Assembly (NCBI GenBank): GCA_051294375.1
Contig: CM119267.1
Location: 23,313,486 to 23,377,485, forward strand
DNA length: 64,000 bases
Direction: 5' to 3'
DNA from: Paraspadella gotoi
Taxonomy: Eukaryota; Animalia; Chaetognatha
This document shows positions 48,791 to 63,070 of the stretch, piece by piece. The position numbers and the translations under genes are program-made. The first letter of the stretch is position 1, and the number at the start of each line of letters is the position of its first letter. The notes under the pieces were generated by a model. That model was not told the origin of the DNA. It saw only the letters and a program-made list of their open reading frames with translations, and ran no database searches.

Positions 48791-49392
48791 GGAGGGATAA
48801 AAAAAATATGACGCGAATCTTCAGTCGTCTTCTGGCACGCGCAGCCTGGGCGGAGGAGGAGGAGGAGGAGGAGGAGTTTTCGCGAAGAAGACGAGGAAGA
48901 CGAGGAGGCGAAGAGTGACGGTTTTGGACGGACGGATTCCGGTCGTCGTCGATGGCGTCGTTGATTTGTCGCGCGTCGTCCTTGATTGTTTCCTCGTAAA
49001 ATACGAAAACGTTTGGAAATAAAATCTCCACGATTCTCACCATTTTTTGGGGGGGACTAACAGTTTTTTTTTCTCTTTCTCGTTTTATTTATATTTTCGG
49101 TCACTTTCGCTGCTCGCTAGACAACTTCATGAGAGTTTTTGTGTTTTTAGACTCGGTCTTGCCATTTTTCACTCGCTGTTTACCAACTTTCCTTGTGCGC
49201 ACCGCTATTTTCGAACTGCGTTTTTGCCAATTTCGAGTCAACCTCTAGTACCTCTCTATAGCCTCACACACAACCTTACTTTAAAAAAAGAATGAAAAAG
49301 AAAAAATAATAAAAAAATCGACGTCGCGAAGTTTTGAACCAGAAAAGAAAATATTTTCCTCTCAACGGAGAAAAGAGTTTGTGTTCAGCGCA

Positions 49393-49453
<61 letters not shown>

Positions 49454-49717
49454 CTCTCCTACTCTCTCTTCTCTCTCTTCTCTCTCTCTCTTCTTTCCAC
49501 CGAATATCTTGATTATATATTATGTTTTGTCAAAACCACTATGCGCGTTACCGCCTAATTAGGCGGAGAGGTCTTAGCCCCGCCGTCGCGACAGGATTCT
49601 CGCGCGCGGAGGAAAAGCGCACGCGCCATTTTTTTCTTCCAAATTTCCATCCATCGCTCGAGTCGTTATAGTTTGGCCTCTTTCACTCACTCTCTCTCTT
49701 CTCTCTCTCTCTCTTCT

Positions 49718-49769
<52 letters not shown>

Positions 49770-49971
49770 CTCTCGCTCGTCTCCTTTACTTTTCATTAGT
49801 TGCCTTTTCCTTTCTTGTCCCTGACGCCCTCCCGCTGGCCCGATCTCGCCCCTTCTCGCTCCATCTCGCCTCCATCGCGCCCTCTTACGTCCTTTTTTTC
49901 TGGCGCTCCTCTCAACGCACGCACTTTAAGCCAAGAAAAAAACAGCGGAGGGGGAAAAAAATCACATAGCG

Positions 49972-50079
<108 letters not shown>

Positions 50080-51769
50080 CCTCCCACTCCGCCGGATAGA
50101 AAGTGTGAATCCCGGCCGTGAAAGGCGGGCGCGCGTCTTTGTTCGCTTCACCTTTTTCACCCACGTTTCGAGTCCGCCATTTTTTCCTTCCCGCCCGCCA
50201 TCTTTAAAGTTTAATGCTTTTATCAATGGCGCTCAACTTTTCTCTTTCCCTTTCTCCGCCGTCTTCCTTTAACTTTCCATCTTTGGCGCTTTTTTCTTGG
50301 TCTTGTTTGCTTTCCTGCCTCTACTCCCACGGCTCACATCTCTCTTTCTTATATTTTCTAGTCTTATGTATTTTTTATCTATTTTTATCTTTGGGCCTGC
50401 TCCCTTTTTCCCCCTTTTTATATCCTTAACTCTTTAGAACTATTCCCATTCTTCCGTCTCCCTTTCAGCCTTATTAATCCCCTCCTCCCGATTTCTCTCT
50501 CCTCTCTCTTTCCCTCGCGCCATTACTTCGATTGCCTTTTTGTTTGGTTTAAAGAAAAGGAGAGAAAGATATGCCGTGTAAAACGATTTGCTAATGGGAG
50601 TCCAGAATTTTGCCAAGCTATTTAATATCCGTTCTTTCAAAAGAGTCATTAACTTACTTTTCTTCTACTTTTTCTTTCTTAGATTCTTTCTCTCTTTCAA
50701 CTTTTAGACTTTCTTTCCTTTGACTTTCTTTCTTTCCATGTGGAAAGGCCTTCACGGATAAGAATTACTATTTCAATGGAAGGAAATAAATTTTCCGCTC
50801 GCTTCTCTTTTCGGCTTTTCCAAAATTCAAACATAACCAAAAAAAAGGCAAAATTTGATCGAAGTCTTTTTTTTTCTGCAAGTCTCTTTCGACTTGGTTT
50901 TTTTTTTTTTTAAATTTGTAAACTATTGTTATATAAAAAATATATAATATCAAAACTATAAAAATCTTACGTATCGAATAAAAATAAATAAACCAAGCAG
51001 CAAGCAAGCTTTCCCCTCGTCTTTCCACTTGCTTCGAAAGGAATTAACCGCAGTGACACTATCTCGAGTTTATAACGCCGCCAAATCCCCGGGGCTTCAA
51101 TCAAGGCTTCTTTCCTCCTCCAGTCCTTCCAGAAATTCGCGGACGGGTCTCCGCCCAATTCGCGGTTTTACGGTTGTCGTCGTCGTCGTCGTTGTTGTTG
51201 TAGTTGAATTTGCGCGAATTCCACTTCTTGATTGTCTTCTTTTATTTTCCGCCGAAAGAAAGTAGTTCCTTAAAAACTTTGTAAAATTTCGTGAGTAAAT
51301 ACTATTTCAAATTGTTTAATTGACATGACAGAATAATTGTATAAATGTTTCGAATAGTTATCGCAACAGAAATACGGCAAATTGCAAGTTTAGAAAAATC
51401 GTACAATTTAAAAAAACACGCACAGTGTACATCGATTACAATTTAGCAAAATGAAAAATCTCCCGAATTTCTAAATTTCTACCGACACTTCACGACACCG
51501 TCGACATCCTTTCGAACCCCAAGCCACACCTCCGTCCCTCCGGAGCCCCGCCCCTCCAGTCGGGGACAGCCTCGTTTTCGAAACGTCAGTCGGGGAGTCG
51601 CCGGTGGCCGATGGGGGCGGCGTCGGCCGAGTCGCCGGTGAGTGGAATCGAGTGGCCGAGACGCGGTGACGCCTGGAGACGATTCTCGAGGGAAAGGTCT
51701 TTCCTAGAGGAGACAAGTTTTTTTTTTTTGAGAGAGAGGAGAGTGAGAGGGGGAGAAAAAGGCTGAGAC

Positions 51770-51905
51770 CAAAATGGCGAAAAAGGGTTCTGAGGTAGTC
51801 TGTCACGTTCTCGAACGTAGATCCCGGTCGTCCTGTATATAAAACCCTCGTTGCATTTTCGGCGGCGAACTCGCGCACTCTCCTCACGCTCACTGCGCAT
51901 GCGCG
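51770..51905. promoter_or_regulatory. Candidate Pol II promoter cluster (YY1-like, TATA-like and NRF1-like sites)
   Basis: caaaatggcg (51770), tatataaaa (about 51836) and tgcgcatgcgc (about 51894) in a CpG-rich patch. Motif match only. Confidence 0.35.
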
Positions 51906-52258
51906 GGGAAATCGAATCACCCGCTTTCACAATTCGGACTCCCAATTTACCTTTCACCCGATTTTCTTTTCTTTCTTGTTTTCTGCGCTTCATTTGTACG
52001 CCGGAAACCAGGGATTTTGTAACAATTTTCGTTAACCGTCTCTCTCTCTCTCCGTCTCTCCTCTCACTCTCTCTCCTCTCTCTCTCTCCATCTCCTCTCT
52101 CTCTCCTCCTCTCTCTCTCTCTCTCTCTCTCTCTACCCCCTTCATTAAGCCAAGCAACCGGGTTTTCGCCCGCTAGAATTCCATTCATTTCCTTTCCATT
52201 TCTTCTTTTTCCATTTGCTCTTTTTTTCTCGCCAAATCTTTTTTCTATTCTTAATTCT

Positions 52259-52313
<55 letters not shown>

Positions 52314-53137
52314 CTCTCGTCTCTCCCTCTCTCTCTCTCTCTCTCTCTCCTCTCTATATGAGCTCAGTTAATCGCCATGATTTCAGCAGCCGTTGATGAT
52401 TTTTATTCATCCATGCCAATTCTCTCAGCGTTATAAAAAATGTATTTCCTTTTCTTAAATTTTTCTTATTTACATTGATAATTATTATAATTAAATTTTT
52501 CGGCGGTTTTTGTTTATAAAACCTGTTAAAAAACTTCGCGAAAAAAAATAATAAACTTATTAAAAATGTAAAAACTTACTTAAGTTAATAAATTATCAAA
52601 CAGTAAACGTCTTCAGAAAAAGAAAAGTTACAATTTCTTTTTTCGTTTTTCCCCCATTTTTCCCTCCGTTTGACTGGAGAGAGAAACAAAAAAAACCCTC
52701 TAAATTTGTTGGCCTCGAAATTCCTTCGGTCGAAATCGTTTTCGATCTCTGCTTCCGCGGAAAATATATCCGCTTTGAGCGGCGATCACCCGGCGGAGAG
52801 AAAAAAAAAAGCGGATATAAACCTTCCCTTCAACGTTTTCCCAATACTTTCTCTTTTTTTTTCGACTTGGGTTCTGATCCCGACATCTTCTCCCCTTATA
52901 TCTCAAATGGGTCTTCTCAGCCACCCCCCCCTCCCACATCCCTCTTATCTCACACCCCCTTCCATCTCCCAGCCCCTCCAAACATTTCCGGTTCTCGTTT
53001 GACTTTTGCCCTCGAAATAAAAAATCTAAAACGACGCGTTTATTTTCGCTCCTCGTTTCTCGCGCATTTTCCGGGTCCTCCTCTCTCTCTCTCTCTCTCT
53101 CTCTTTCTCCTCTCCTCTCTCCTCTCTCTCTCGCTCA

Positions 53138-53168
<31 letters not shown>

Positions 53169-53869
53169 GGCCACACCAGACATTGTTCATTAAGGCTAGG
53201 TAAAATTTCTAAAATTTACAACTTTGAATTCTCAAATTCTAAAATGTGAGGAACGAACAACATTATAATATAACATTTATTAATAAAAAAATTGATAATA
53301 AATTTAACAATTACGGCAGTTAGGCCATGATTAAGCTAGTACTAAACCAATAATTTAAAATTTTCAAAACATTTTTCTACAGATTTTTTTGCAGATTTGG
53401 ATTCGCATAAAAAAATGATAAAAGAAAATAACTTCTTTTGAAAAATTCCTTATTAAGGGTCAAAAATTTATAAAACTATATTTTAACGCTAAAATTAACT
53501 TTTATATATATAAATATAGTTTTTTTTTAATTTTTAACCCACTAATGAAAGAATTTTAAAAATATTTGATATTTCTTTTATCAACTTTTGACGAGAATTT
53601 CAAAATCTGCAATCAAAATTAAGAAAACCCTATTGTGAAATTTCGATTTTATTTTAAGGATAGTACATATCATAAATATAGCCTCTGCCGAAAATAAAAA
53701 ACATAAAATTATATTTTTTTATAAATTAATTTCACTGATGGATGTTGTTCATAGATAGACTTTAAATTTTTCGTATGATTAACTTTCACTACGCCTTATT
53801 GTTCATATCTTCATGAGAGCGAATCGCTTCTCTCACCTGCTCGTATAACCCGATCCACGACGACCGCCG

Positions 53870-55200
53870 TTTTTTAGTCGGATCTGCTTATCAGCAGAAT
53901 CCGACTCTGATAAACTCACTTTTTATAACCACTTTTTCGTCCGTCGGTCCGTCCCCCGTCAATATGTCGGCGCACACACTTAAATCAAACATCGAATTAT
54001 AATGCAAAAAAAATATGTCCGTTCCGTTCCGCGTCCGTCCGCTCCCTTCGCCGTCCGTCCGTCCCACCTTTACAAAAAACACCAATTAACTCTGATTTGG
54101 CATGTGAAGGGATTTAAATGAAATTGGTGGAAGTAAGTGGTGTATTGAGCGTGATATTAATTCGATGAATCGTTCCCGATGAAAGAGGTTTAAATGGAAA
54201 AAACAAAAAAAATATTCCACTATTTGAACACCAATTGCTCATGACGGATGGGCTGATTGACCTGGAGTGTATTGGTATGAAAAGTGTGTGATGAACGACG
54301 GAAATCAAGTTTCGATGAAATTGATGAAATGATTTAAAATGGAAAAATAACAAAAAACCCTGTTACTCAAATTGATAGCTTCTTTTCCTTTTATATTAAA
54401 TGTATCTGCAAGGATGTATAATTAAATCATATAATTAATCAGTTAATTAATCAATTATATAAATTAATCATAATAATTAATAGCTCAATCCAATCCGTCC
54501 ATGCCGTCCCAATCTAGCAAAGCTCCCCAATAACCGATTTGTGTCTGGTGGTATTGGAATAAATTTTGTGTTGGAGAAAGTGTGTGATTAAATGCGGATA
54601 TAAAATTTCGAAATGAATCGTGTGAGTGAAATCAGTTAAACTGAAAAAACATAAGTCGAATTCTACTAAATCTTTTAAACTTATTTAACCAATAAATACG
54701 TTACCTCTCAATTATATCATAAATTGGATGGATAATTCGAGTTGAAATTTTGTGTGGGTAGGAAAACGTATGACGACGCTTGAATAAAATTCAGTGAAAA
54801 CGTACCAGTGAAATATTTAAATGAAAAAAATATGAGAAATACATTTACTGAGATACTTTTTATTTATTCTAACCTCATGATAGTATTGAGAAATGAAATT
54901 TTGTGAGCGGTAGAAGTGATGAAGAAGCTAAATATAAAGTTTTGACGGAAATGCAAGTTGAAAAAATGAAATGCATGGTTGAAAAAATTGATGCAAGTAA
55001 AAAATCTTAAAGCATAAGGAGTCGTCTACTGCATAAAAAAAGAGAAGAGAGAGAGAAAGAAGAGGAGTGAAGATGAGAGAGATAGAGTGAGAGAGAAAGA
55101 GAGAGAGGAGAGAGAGAGAGTAAGAGAGAAGGAGACATAAAATACAAAAAATCTTAAAAACTCATAGATCGAGCGCAGAGCCCACTATCTAAGAAACATT
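53870..55200 (+). mobile_element. Second Helentron-associated non-autonomous element
   Basis: 5' hairpin tttttagtcggatctgc-ttatca-gcagaatccgact, a (gtcc)n microsatellite, recurring gaaatttt-type cores, and a degenerate 3' subterminal repeat gcagagcccact at 55175-55186. Confidence 0.6.
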
Positions 55201-55506
55201 AATGAAAACAACCCGTGGAAAGAAAACGGAATGAATCATGCGATATATGAATGTTATGTACTAGTAATTGATGTAGTAGATACTAATTGAATTTGATGTA
55301 ATAGTAACTATGATGTAATAAGGAATTGTCATTTAAATGATATCGATGATAACAATTTATTGAGGATGATAGTCATTCACATGCTGTGATATAGTCTTCA
55401 TATGCCGAATGATGTCAACATTGATTCGAATGATTTCCCATTCGATTGATGCGATGATAGTCAATAAAACTAACAAGATACGTATTAGTGAAAGAAGAGA
55501 GATGAG

Positions 55507-55546
<40 letters not shown>

Positions 55547-56059
55547 AGAAAGAAGAGAAAAGGAGAAAGAGACGCAGAAGCAGAATACGAAAGAGAAATA
55601 AATCACGAAAATTCTTCGGAATGAATATGGATTTTGGATTGAAAAAAAGTCGCGAATAAATGGCAATAAATAAAAAGTTTTAAAGAAAAAAAATAATCAG
55701 AATTTTCAAAAAAATAAGCAAACGATCACTGCAAAAAATCGGACAGAACGGACAGACCCATACAGGAAGGACACAGAGAGAAGAGAGACAGAGAAGAGAG
55801 AAAAAGAGAGAAGAGAAACAGCCCTGCATGAGAACAAGAGAAAGAAGAAAGAGCGATGTATAATAATTAAAGAGAGAGAGAGTAAGAGAGAAGTCTACAG
55901 CCCCTTAACTCACGTTAAAAGAACAGCAATACTAATGGCGCCGCAGCGCGTAGCGTGAGCGTATTTCCTACCCAAAGGACCGGTTCGCCGCCCCTTCGCG
56001 GCAATCGTTTTACATTATGAACCCACATTACTAAAATAAATTTTGTAAACAAAAAAAAA

Positions 56060-56098
<39 letters not shown>

Positions 56099-56994
56099 AA
56101 AGAAGCTGGACAGATCCTGCAAGTTGCCGAAACCGGTTTTAGAAGAAACAGTGACGGAGAAAAAGAGAGAGAGAGAGCGACTATAATATACGTTTTGTTT
56201 TGTAAATAAACACATAAACAAATAACAATATTGGAAATAATGATATACATGAGAATTTTAAAGATCTTGATGATTTAGAAGCCATATAGAAAAGTTCAAC
56301 CTCCCTATGAATATCAACACTTTTCAACCAGATTTGCATAAAAAATGTCGAGACCGGACGAGCTAAAACCAAAAAAAAAAAATCTAAGACAGCGACGGCT
56401 TTGCCCGCCTGGGCTGATAATAAGGCATTTGTTTTGTTTGATAAAAGGTACCACAAAATCATGTAATATGTCTCTGAGACTCAATTTTTAACTTGACATC
56501 GGATGATTGAGTTCCCTGAAATAAAAGTTATAATAATCTATATAATTAATATAATCTATAAATTTAATTAATTAATTCTATTAAATTAATAATTAATCTA
56601 CATATTTAATATAATTTTTATGGAGCAATCCGAACAGGTTTCAAGACTGTTTTTTTCCTCTCTCGCGTCGAACCGATCCTGGCCCTTCGGGCTGCGCAAA
56701 TACCGATACGGAAAACTGGGATGGCGTTAACATAAAGACCGTGCGTGGAGATGGAAGGGGGAGAAAATACTGGTCGGGAATGAAGAGAAGAGAGAGATGA
56801 GAGAGAGAGAGAATGAGCAGAGAGAGAAAGAGAAGAGAGAAGAGAGAGAGAGAGAGAGAGAGTTTTTGGTCTCAGCGTCCCCGGGAAGGAGCGTCATCGA
56901 GCCGCGTTCTTTAAAATTGGTTGGCGAATGGTAAAAACTCGGAGAGGTAGGTAGATAAAGAGAGAGGGGAGGAAGAGGTTGCATTTAGATAAAA

Positions 56995-57034
<40 letters not shown>

Positions 57035-57780
57035 GCTCCGTGGCGCAGGAAACTCGATTCAAACTCTTGAGCCGAAAAAAAAAAGGAGACGAAGAAGCCA
57101 AACAAATTTTTTTTCCTTTAGTAAGACTTTCCTTACTTTGGGTAAGGCTTTTTACGAAGCTTCCTTCTTCCTTTCAGAAAGGGGATACAAGGGGACCTTA
57201 GGTGCGTACATAGTAGCGGTAGAAAAAACATCGTTAGGTCGTGCGATATCACGTGATCGAATTAACTTTTTAAATTTTAAAATTGTTTTGAAATTTGAAG
57301 TTTATGGAAAAGTATATTAATACTTGGTCTCAAAAATTGGATTGCGTAAATATCAAATGTTACATTTAAATATATAGTACGAAACTTGCACTATGAATGC
57401 AAAAACTATGGTACATTCAACTAATGAGCAATACGAGCCTTACCCGTGACCTAGGGCAGGCAATGGTTAAACGTTAATATAGCTAAGTAAATAAATATTA
57501 GTTTTTTGAACGAAAAAGTATGAAAAACAATGTAATTTAGTACTTGGTACACGATGAAACCAAGTCGTAGAGTGGGCGCGAAAAAAAAGTGTATCTCGCG
57601 TTTTATCTCGATCCCATAAGTTTTCTACGACCTCGTTGTGGAACAAAAGACGAAGAGGAAAATGAAAGAACCGCCAGTTTTCATTCCCGAAGCGGAGAAA
57701 AAGAAAAGAGGGGGGAAGCCAGTGGCCGAGGCGTGGAGTGTCGAGTGGCTTTTTCTCTCAGTTAAGATTGTAATACTGTT

Positions 57781-58348
57781 TAGCTGTAGTATTTCATACC
57801 CCGTTACTCGTCCGAGAATCAGAAGCACCTATGTCGCCTGAGGTAGCCAAGCTCCTCCCAACGCAAAGGACTCGGGTTCGCGCCTTGCTGATTCACACAA
57901 GTAAAAGCTGGACGGGGCGTTTAAGCCACCTGTAGTGACGGATTACAGCAAGATCCAAAGTTCGGGACCTTGTGTGCAACGGACGGTCAACTGCTCGCGG
58001 CATCGTCTTCCACAACTGTATAAATCTTAATCAAAGTTGTTTTTTGTTTGTTTTGTTTGATTTGTTTTGTTGATTTGTTTAAGTAGTAAATATATGTATA
58101 TCAGATTAGATGTTAAATACGCAGGGAAAGAGAAAACTTTAAAAAATATAATAATAATTTATATTATTTTATACTAAGGATCAAGGTGCGAATAATTAGT
58201 TGACAATTTGAAAAGTGTTTAAAACCAAAGAAAGAAAAAGTTAAAAAATAATATTCATAAAAAATATAAATAAAAAATTAAACAAATAAAAAGACGGTAG
58301 CGGTAGTACTATTTCATACGAGTAACGGGGTATGAAATACAACCGCTA
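57781..58348. mobile_element. Element bounded by 31-bp inverted repeats and containing a SINE
   Basis: tagctgtagtatttcataccccgttactcgt (57781-57811) versus acgagtaacggggtatgaaatacaaccgcta (58318-58348). Confidence 0.6.
57825..57970 (+). mobile_element. tRNA-derived SINE related to 12181-12328
   Basis: Head ctcccaacgcaaaggactcgggttcgcgcc, followed by the body ggacggggcgtttaagccacctgta..ttacagc..gatcc.aag.tc.ggac. Confidence 0.65.
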
Positions 58349-58517
58349 CAAGAAAATATTTATTCAAACGAAGCGAATCTTTATCGCTACCGACAAAAAT
58401 ATTGTAGTCTTTCTCTCTCTCTCTCTCTCTGACTCTGTCTCTCTCTCTCTCGAAGCCGTTACCCGAACCCTCCCTAGAGCCAAGTTTTCTTCGACACGGA
58501 GAATGGGAGGAAACTAG

Positions 58518-58629
<112 letters not shown>

Positions 58630-60017
58630 TCAGAAATCGGAATCGTTCGTTTTCGTGAAGGAAAGGGAGACAGAATCTTTTCGTTTTGACGAAGAAAGAG
58701 AGAGGGAGAGAGAGAAGAGGCGCTCTTGACGTCCAAAACACTCGCCAAGGAGAAACGAGTTCTCATTTCCGTTAGTAAATATTCTTAAAACTCAAAAGAC
58801 ATGATAAATATTAATTTTTGTAAATTTTTTTTAATATATATTTTTTTGTTTATTGTGTTCAACAACGATTAAAGTTAAAATAGGACATGTTTCGGTTCAA
58901 ATACGAACCTTCATCAGCGCAAATTTGACATTTACATGTTTTTCATAATATTGATTAATAAATGCTCTAATTTTTTTTTTAAATAAAAACAAAGACAATA
59001 AAAAATGAAGAGACGCTAATAAAAATAATGATAATAATAATAAAAACAAGACGCTAAAACAATAAGATAAGGATAATAATAACAAAAATAATGATAATAT
59101 AATAAAAACAAAGACGCTAATAAACAAAATAAATAAATATTAATAATAATAAATAAATAAAAAATAATTAAATAAATGCTCTAAATTTTTTAAATGCTCT
59201 CAAAGATTTATTCCGATATTATTGTGATTATCTTAAGAGGGGCATCTAATAATAAGAAAAAGAAAAATACTCCCCATTGTAAAGCTACTACTATGAAATA
59301 TCTAAATATTAATTGGGAAACTAAATTACAATTAAACAATATTTAAAGTACGTATTGCTAAAATAGTAAAATAAGATTTTTATGGAAACCGTCTCAAAAT
59401 ATATGAGAAATAATTTAACCTGCTACAATATGTAAATAAGATTAAAGAACTCAATTTCATTTGAAATTAACTACAAGTTAACCAGAAAAATGATTGTTTA
59501 AAAAAAAAGTAATCCTGTCTTCCCCAATCAACGAATTCATCACCACAACTTTTTTCGACCTCACCTATCAGTCCTCACCCAACCATCTGAGGCCACATCG
59601 AACTCACCCCGCATATTTATATCTTCCCCTCTCCCTACTCCCTCCGAAACCCCGCGCATCTGGCGATCTTCCCCCGAGGGACTGACCAAGGTTCCACCGC
59701 TCGTTTTTCATCTCTCTCTCNNNNNNNNNNTCTCTCTCTCTCAATGACTCCACTGGTCAGTTTAAAGATAAATCGATCAAAGTTATCTTTATAAAATGCA
59801 AAAAATTAAACGGTTGACTGTTATTTGAAAGGGAATATCGCGATGCTTAATTGTGGTCAGAAATTAGATCTCTGATTGGTTGAACTCTAACTAATCAGAG
59901 ATTGCATCGATGGGATACCGATTGATAGAGAGAAGAATTCGAAAAATTGCGTCTCTCTCTCCCTTCCTTCTTCCTTCTAACAAAAACTCAAAACTTATAA
60001 ATTTCTAACCAAAAAAA

Positions 60018-60105
<88 letters not shown>

Positions 60106-61555
60106 CTCAATTTGAGTCGATTTTTGCGCGTCTGCACGTTCGAGAGGAAAGGGAAAAAAAAATTGATAAATAAAAAAAAAAATAATAATTTTTAGTTTCG
60201 CATCAACTTTTGGTCTGAACATAAACAGGCTCAGGCTTCGATGCTCGACCGATCAGGCGCCAGAATCAGGCGGATAGAGTTGTTCTTTTTTTCCTTTTTT
60301 TAAAAAAAATAGGATTCACTGTGGGAAAAGGGGATGGGGGAAAAAGTTTACTGTGGGATGAGGAGGGTGTTTACAGTTTGGAGGGAAATTAATTGTAGGA
60401 AGTGGGAATGCGTAATTAATCGTGGGAGAGGGAGGAGAAAGGGGGGGAGACAAGTAGGTGGGGGTAGTTCGAGACTATTCGGCCTTATTTTACAAAAGCA
60501 CCCCGTTTCATCTTTAGGTCTGAAGATTAGGTTAAAAGTTAGTTTTAATGATTAGGTTATTGATTAAGGTTAGGGATTATGTTAGTAAATAGGGTCAGGA
60601 ATTCCGGTATGAGTTTAGTAATAGGTTAGGATTTATTATTATAGTTAAAATTAAATTAAGGATTTAAGGAATTAAGTCTAATTAAGGGTTAAAGGAACAG
60701 ATTTCGGGCGCTTTTGGAAAAGGGAGCCCAAGTTATTTAACGTGAGAGATTTGGAGGATGTTGGCGAAAGAAAATTCATTTAAGAGAAAAATTTTACGTG
60801 GCCGTGAATGGTGACTGATGTGGAATAAGATTGCACATTGCACAATCAGGAAGATCAGGAGATCCGTGAAAAAAAATTTACTGTGGTAAATGAGCCTCGC
60901 ACAATGCAATGCAATGAAATGCACATTGCACAATCAGGAGAAGACAATTCACTGTGGGACAGAAGGACGAGAGATCCGTGAAAAAAAAATTTCACTGTGG
61001 GAAAATGGGAGGCGAGAAAATTCAAACCAAAAAAACAAAAAAAAATTCTCGCGAGATTTCGTCGAACAAAATGAAAATGATATCCTAGTTATTTTTCCAT
61101 TTTTTCCCCTCTTTTTTTATATCAAAAATGAAAAGAATTTGAAAGAATAAAAAAAAAAGAAGTGATAGGAATTAACGAAGCAATTAGGATTCACTTCGAC
61201 TCGACATTGGAATTAATCACGATTACGTCGGCGNNNNNNNNNNNNNNNNNNNNNNNNNAAAAAGAAGGACGCATCTATAGTACATCGGGAGGAAGGAGAA
61301 GGTTTAGGAGAATGACGTATTCTACCTGAACTAATGACTCTTTTCGATTTTGTTTGTTTGTTTTAATCTCGAATGAATATGATAAAAATCGATTTATGAG
61401 GCATCAGTTGTTTGTTGTTGTTGTTGTTTACATAAACAAAGATTATTTTTTTGTTGCAAAGTTTTAATATATAAGCGAGTTTGGTTCATTGGCTTTTTTG
61501 ACACATTGATACTAATGTATTTTAATGAGACAACAAACATGAGGAATATATAGCC

Positions 61556-61862
61556 AGGGTGAACTTATGCAATGCTTATACAGGGTGAAACTTATGCAGG
61601 GTGAACTTATGCAATGCTTATGCAGTAGAAACTTATGCAGGGTGAACTTATGCAATGCTTATGCAAGGGTGAACTTATGCAGATGAACTTATGCAGGGTG
61701 AACTTATGCAGGGTGAAACTTATGCAGGGTAAACTTATGCAGGGTGAACTTATGCAATGCTTATGCAGGGAGAACTTATGCAGGGTGAACTTTATGCAAT
61801 GCTTATGCAGGGTGAACTTATGCAGGGTGAACTTATGCAGGGTAAACTTATGCAGGATGAAC
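61556..61862. repeat. Minisatellite with 15-bp core agggtgaacttatgc
   Basis: Directly visible tandem array with interspersed aatgcttatgc variants. Confidence 0.95.
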
Positions 61863-62053
61863 ATCACTCGATTTTTCTATTATTTTCGTTTGAAATTCGT
61901 TCTTTCTTCACACATTTCTATTTAACAAAAATATGTATGTTTAATTTTATTTTATCAAACTAGTAAAAAAAACCATTTCGTTGATTTATCTTAAATTAGT
62001 GAGTTGGATTCAAAAAACAGTTTATTTTAGCCACGGAATTAATCTTTTCTCAT

Positions 62054-62137
<84 letters not shown>

Positions 62138-62205
62138 CTAACGGGCGGAAATTCCAGACGAATGAAATAACACCAGAGTAAATATTTAAAACCGTCTTTC
62201 CGGAT

Positions 62206-62253
<48 letters not shown>

Positions 62254-62422
62254 CGAGAGAAACTCCCACGGGCGGAGAAACGAGAAAAAATAGGAAAAGG
62301 GACAAAAAAGGAGAAAAAAGAGAAAAAAAAAGGAGAAAAAAGGGAAAAAAGGAAATAAAAAGAAACAAAACAGGAAATCAAGCAAATATTTTTTTTCTAA
62401 CTCGGTAGATTGGAGGAAAGAA

Positions 62423-62501
<79 letters not shown>

Positions 62502-63070
62502 CCCAAAATGGAATAGGCCGAAAAAAGAAAGCAATATTAAAGTTTTTTTTCTTTTTTTAAACTCGAGATGAAAAAAATTGGTGGGAAAATAAGGAAAATC
62601 GCGGAAAGTTAAAATCGGTTTTCTCGATTTTCAAAATATTTTTCTTTTTTACTAAAGATTTTTTTTCTTTTTCTTTAAAAAAATTAAAAGAAAAAAATTT
62701 CTGAAAAAAAGAAAGTTTTTTTCATCCTAGCTTTTATTTAAAACGAATACAGCTGAGAAACGGTGTTTGGCGGAGAAAAGAAAGAGGAGAAGGGAGGAAA
62801 GGAGGAAAGGAGGAAGAAAAATAGAGGAAAGGAAGGAAAATAGGAAAGAAAAGAAAAAGAAAATGAGGAAGAATCAAGAAAGGCGTTGAAGGATGTAGAT
62901 AAAGGAAAGGAAGAGATTAAAATAAGAAAAGGAAAGCGAAATATCGTTGCTAAGTTGTTTGAAAACGATTATTGCGCAACTTTCTCAACTCCTCTGGCGG
63001 CCATGGAACGCATTGGAACGGGTCCTGGGTTGAGGAACCTTTGCTTCGTGATTTTCCACAGCGGATCGGA

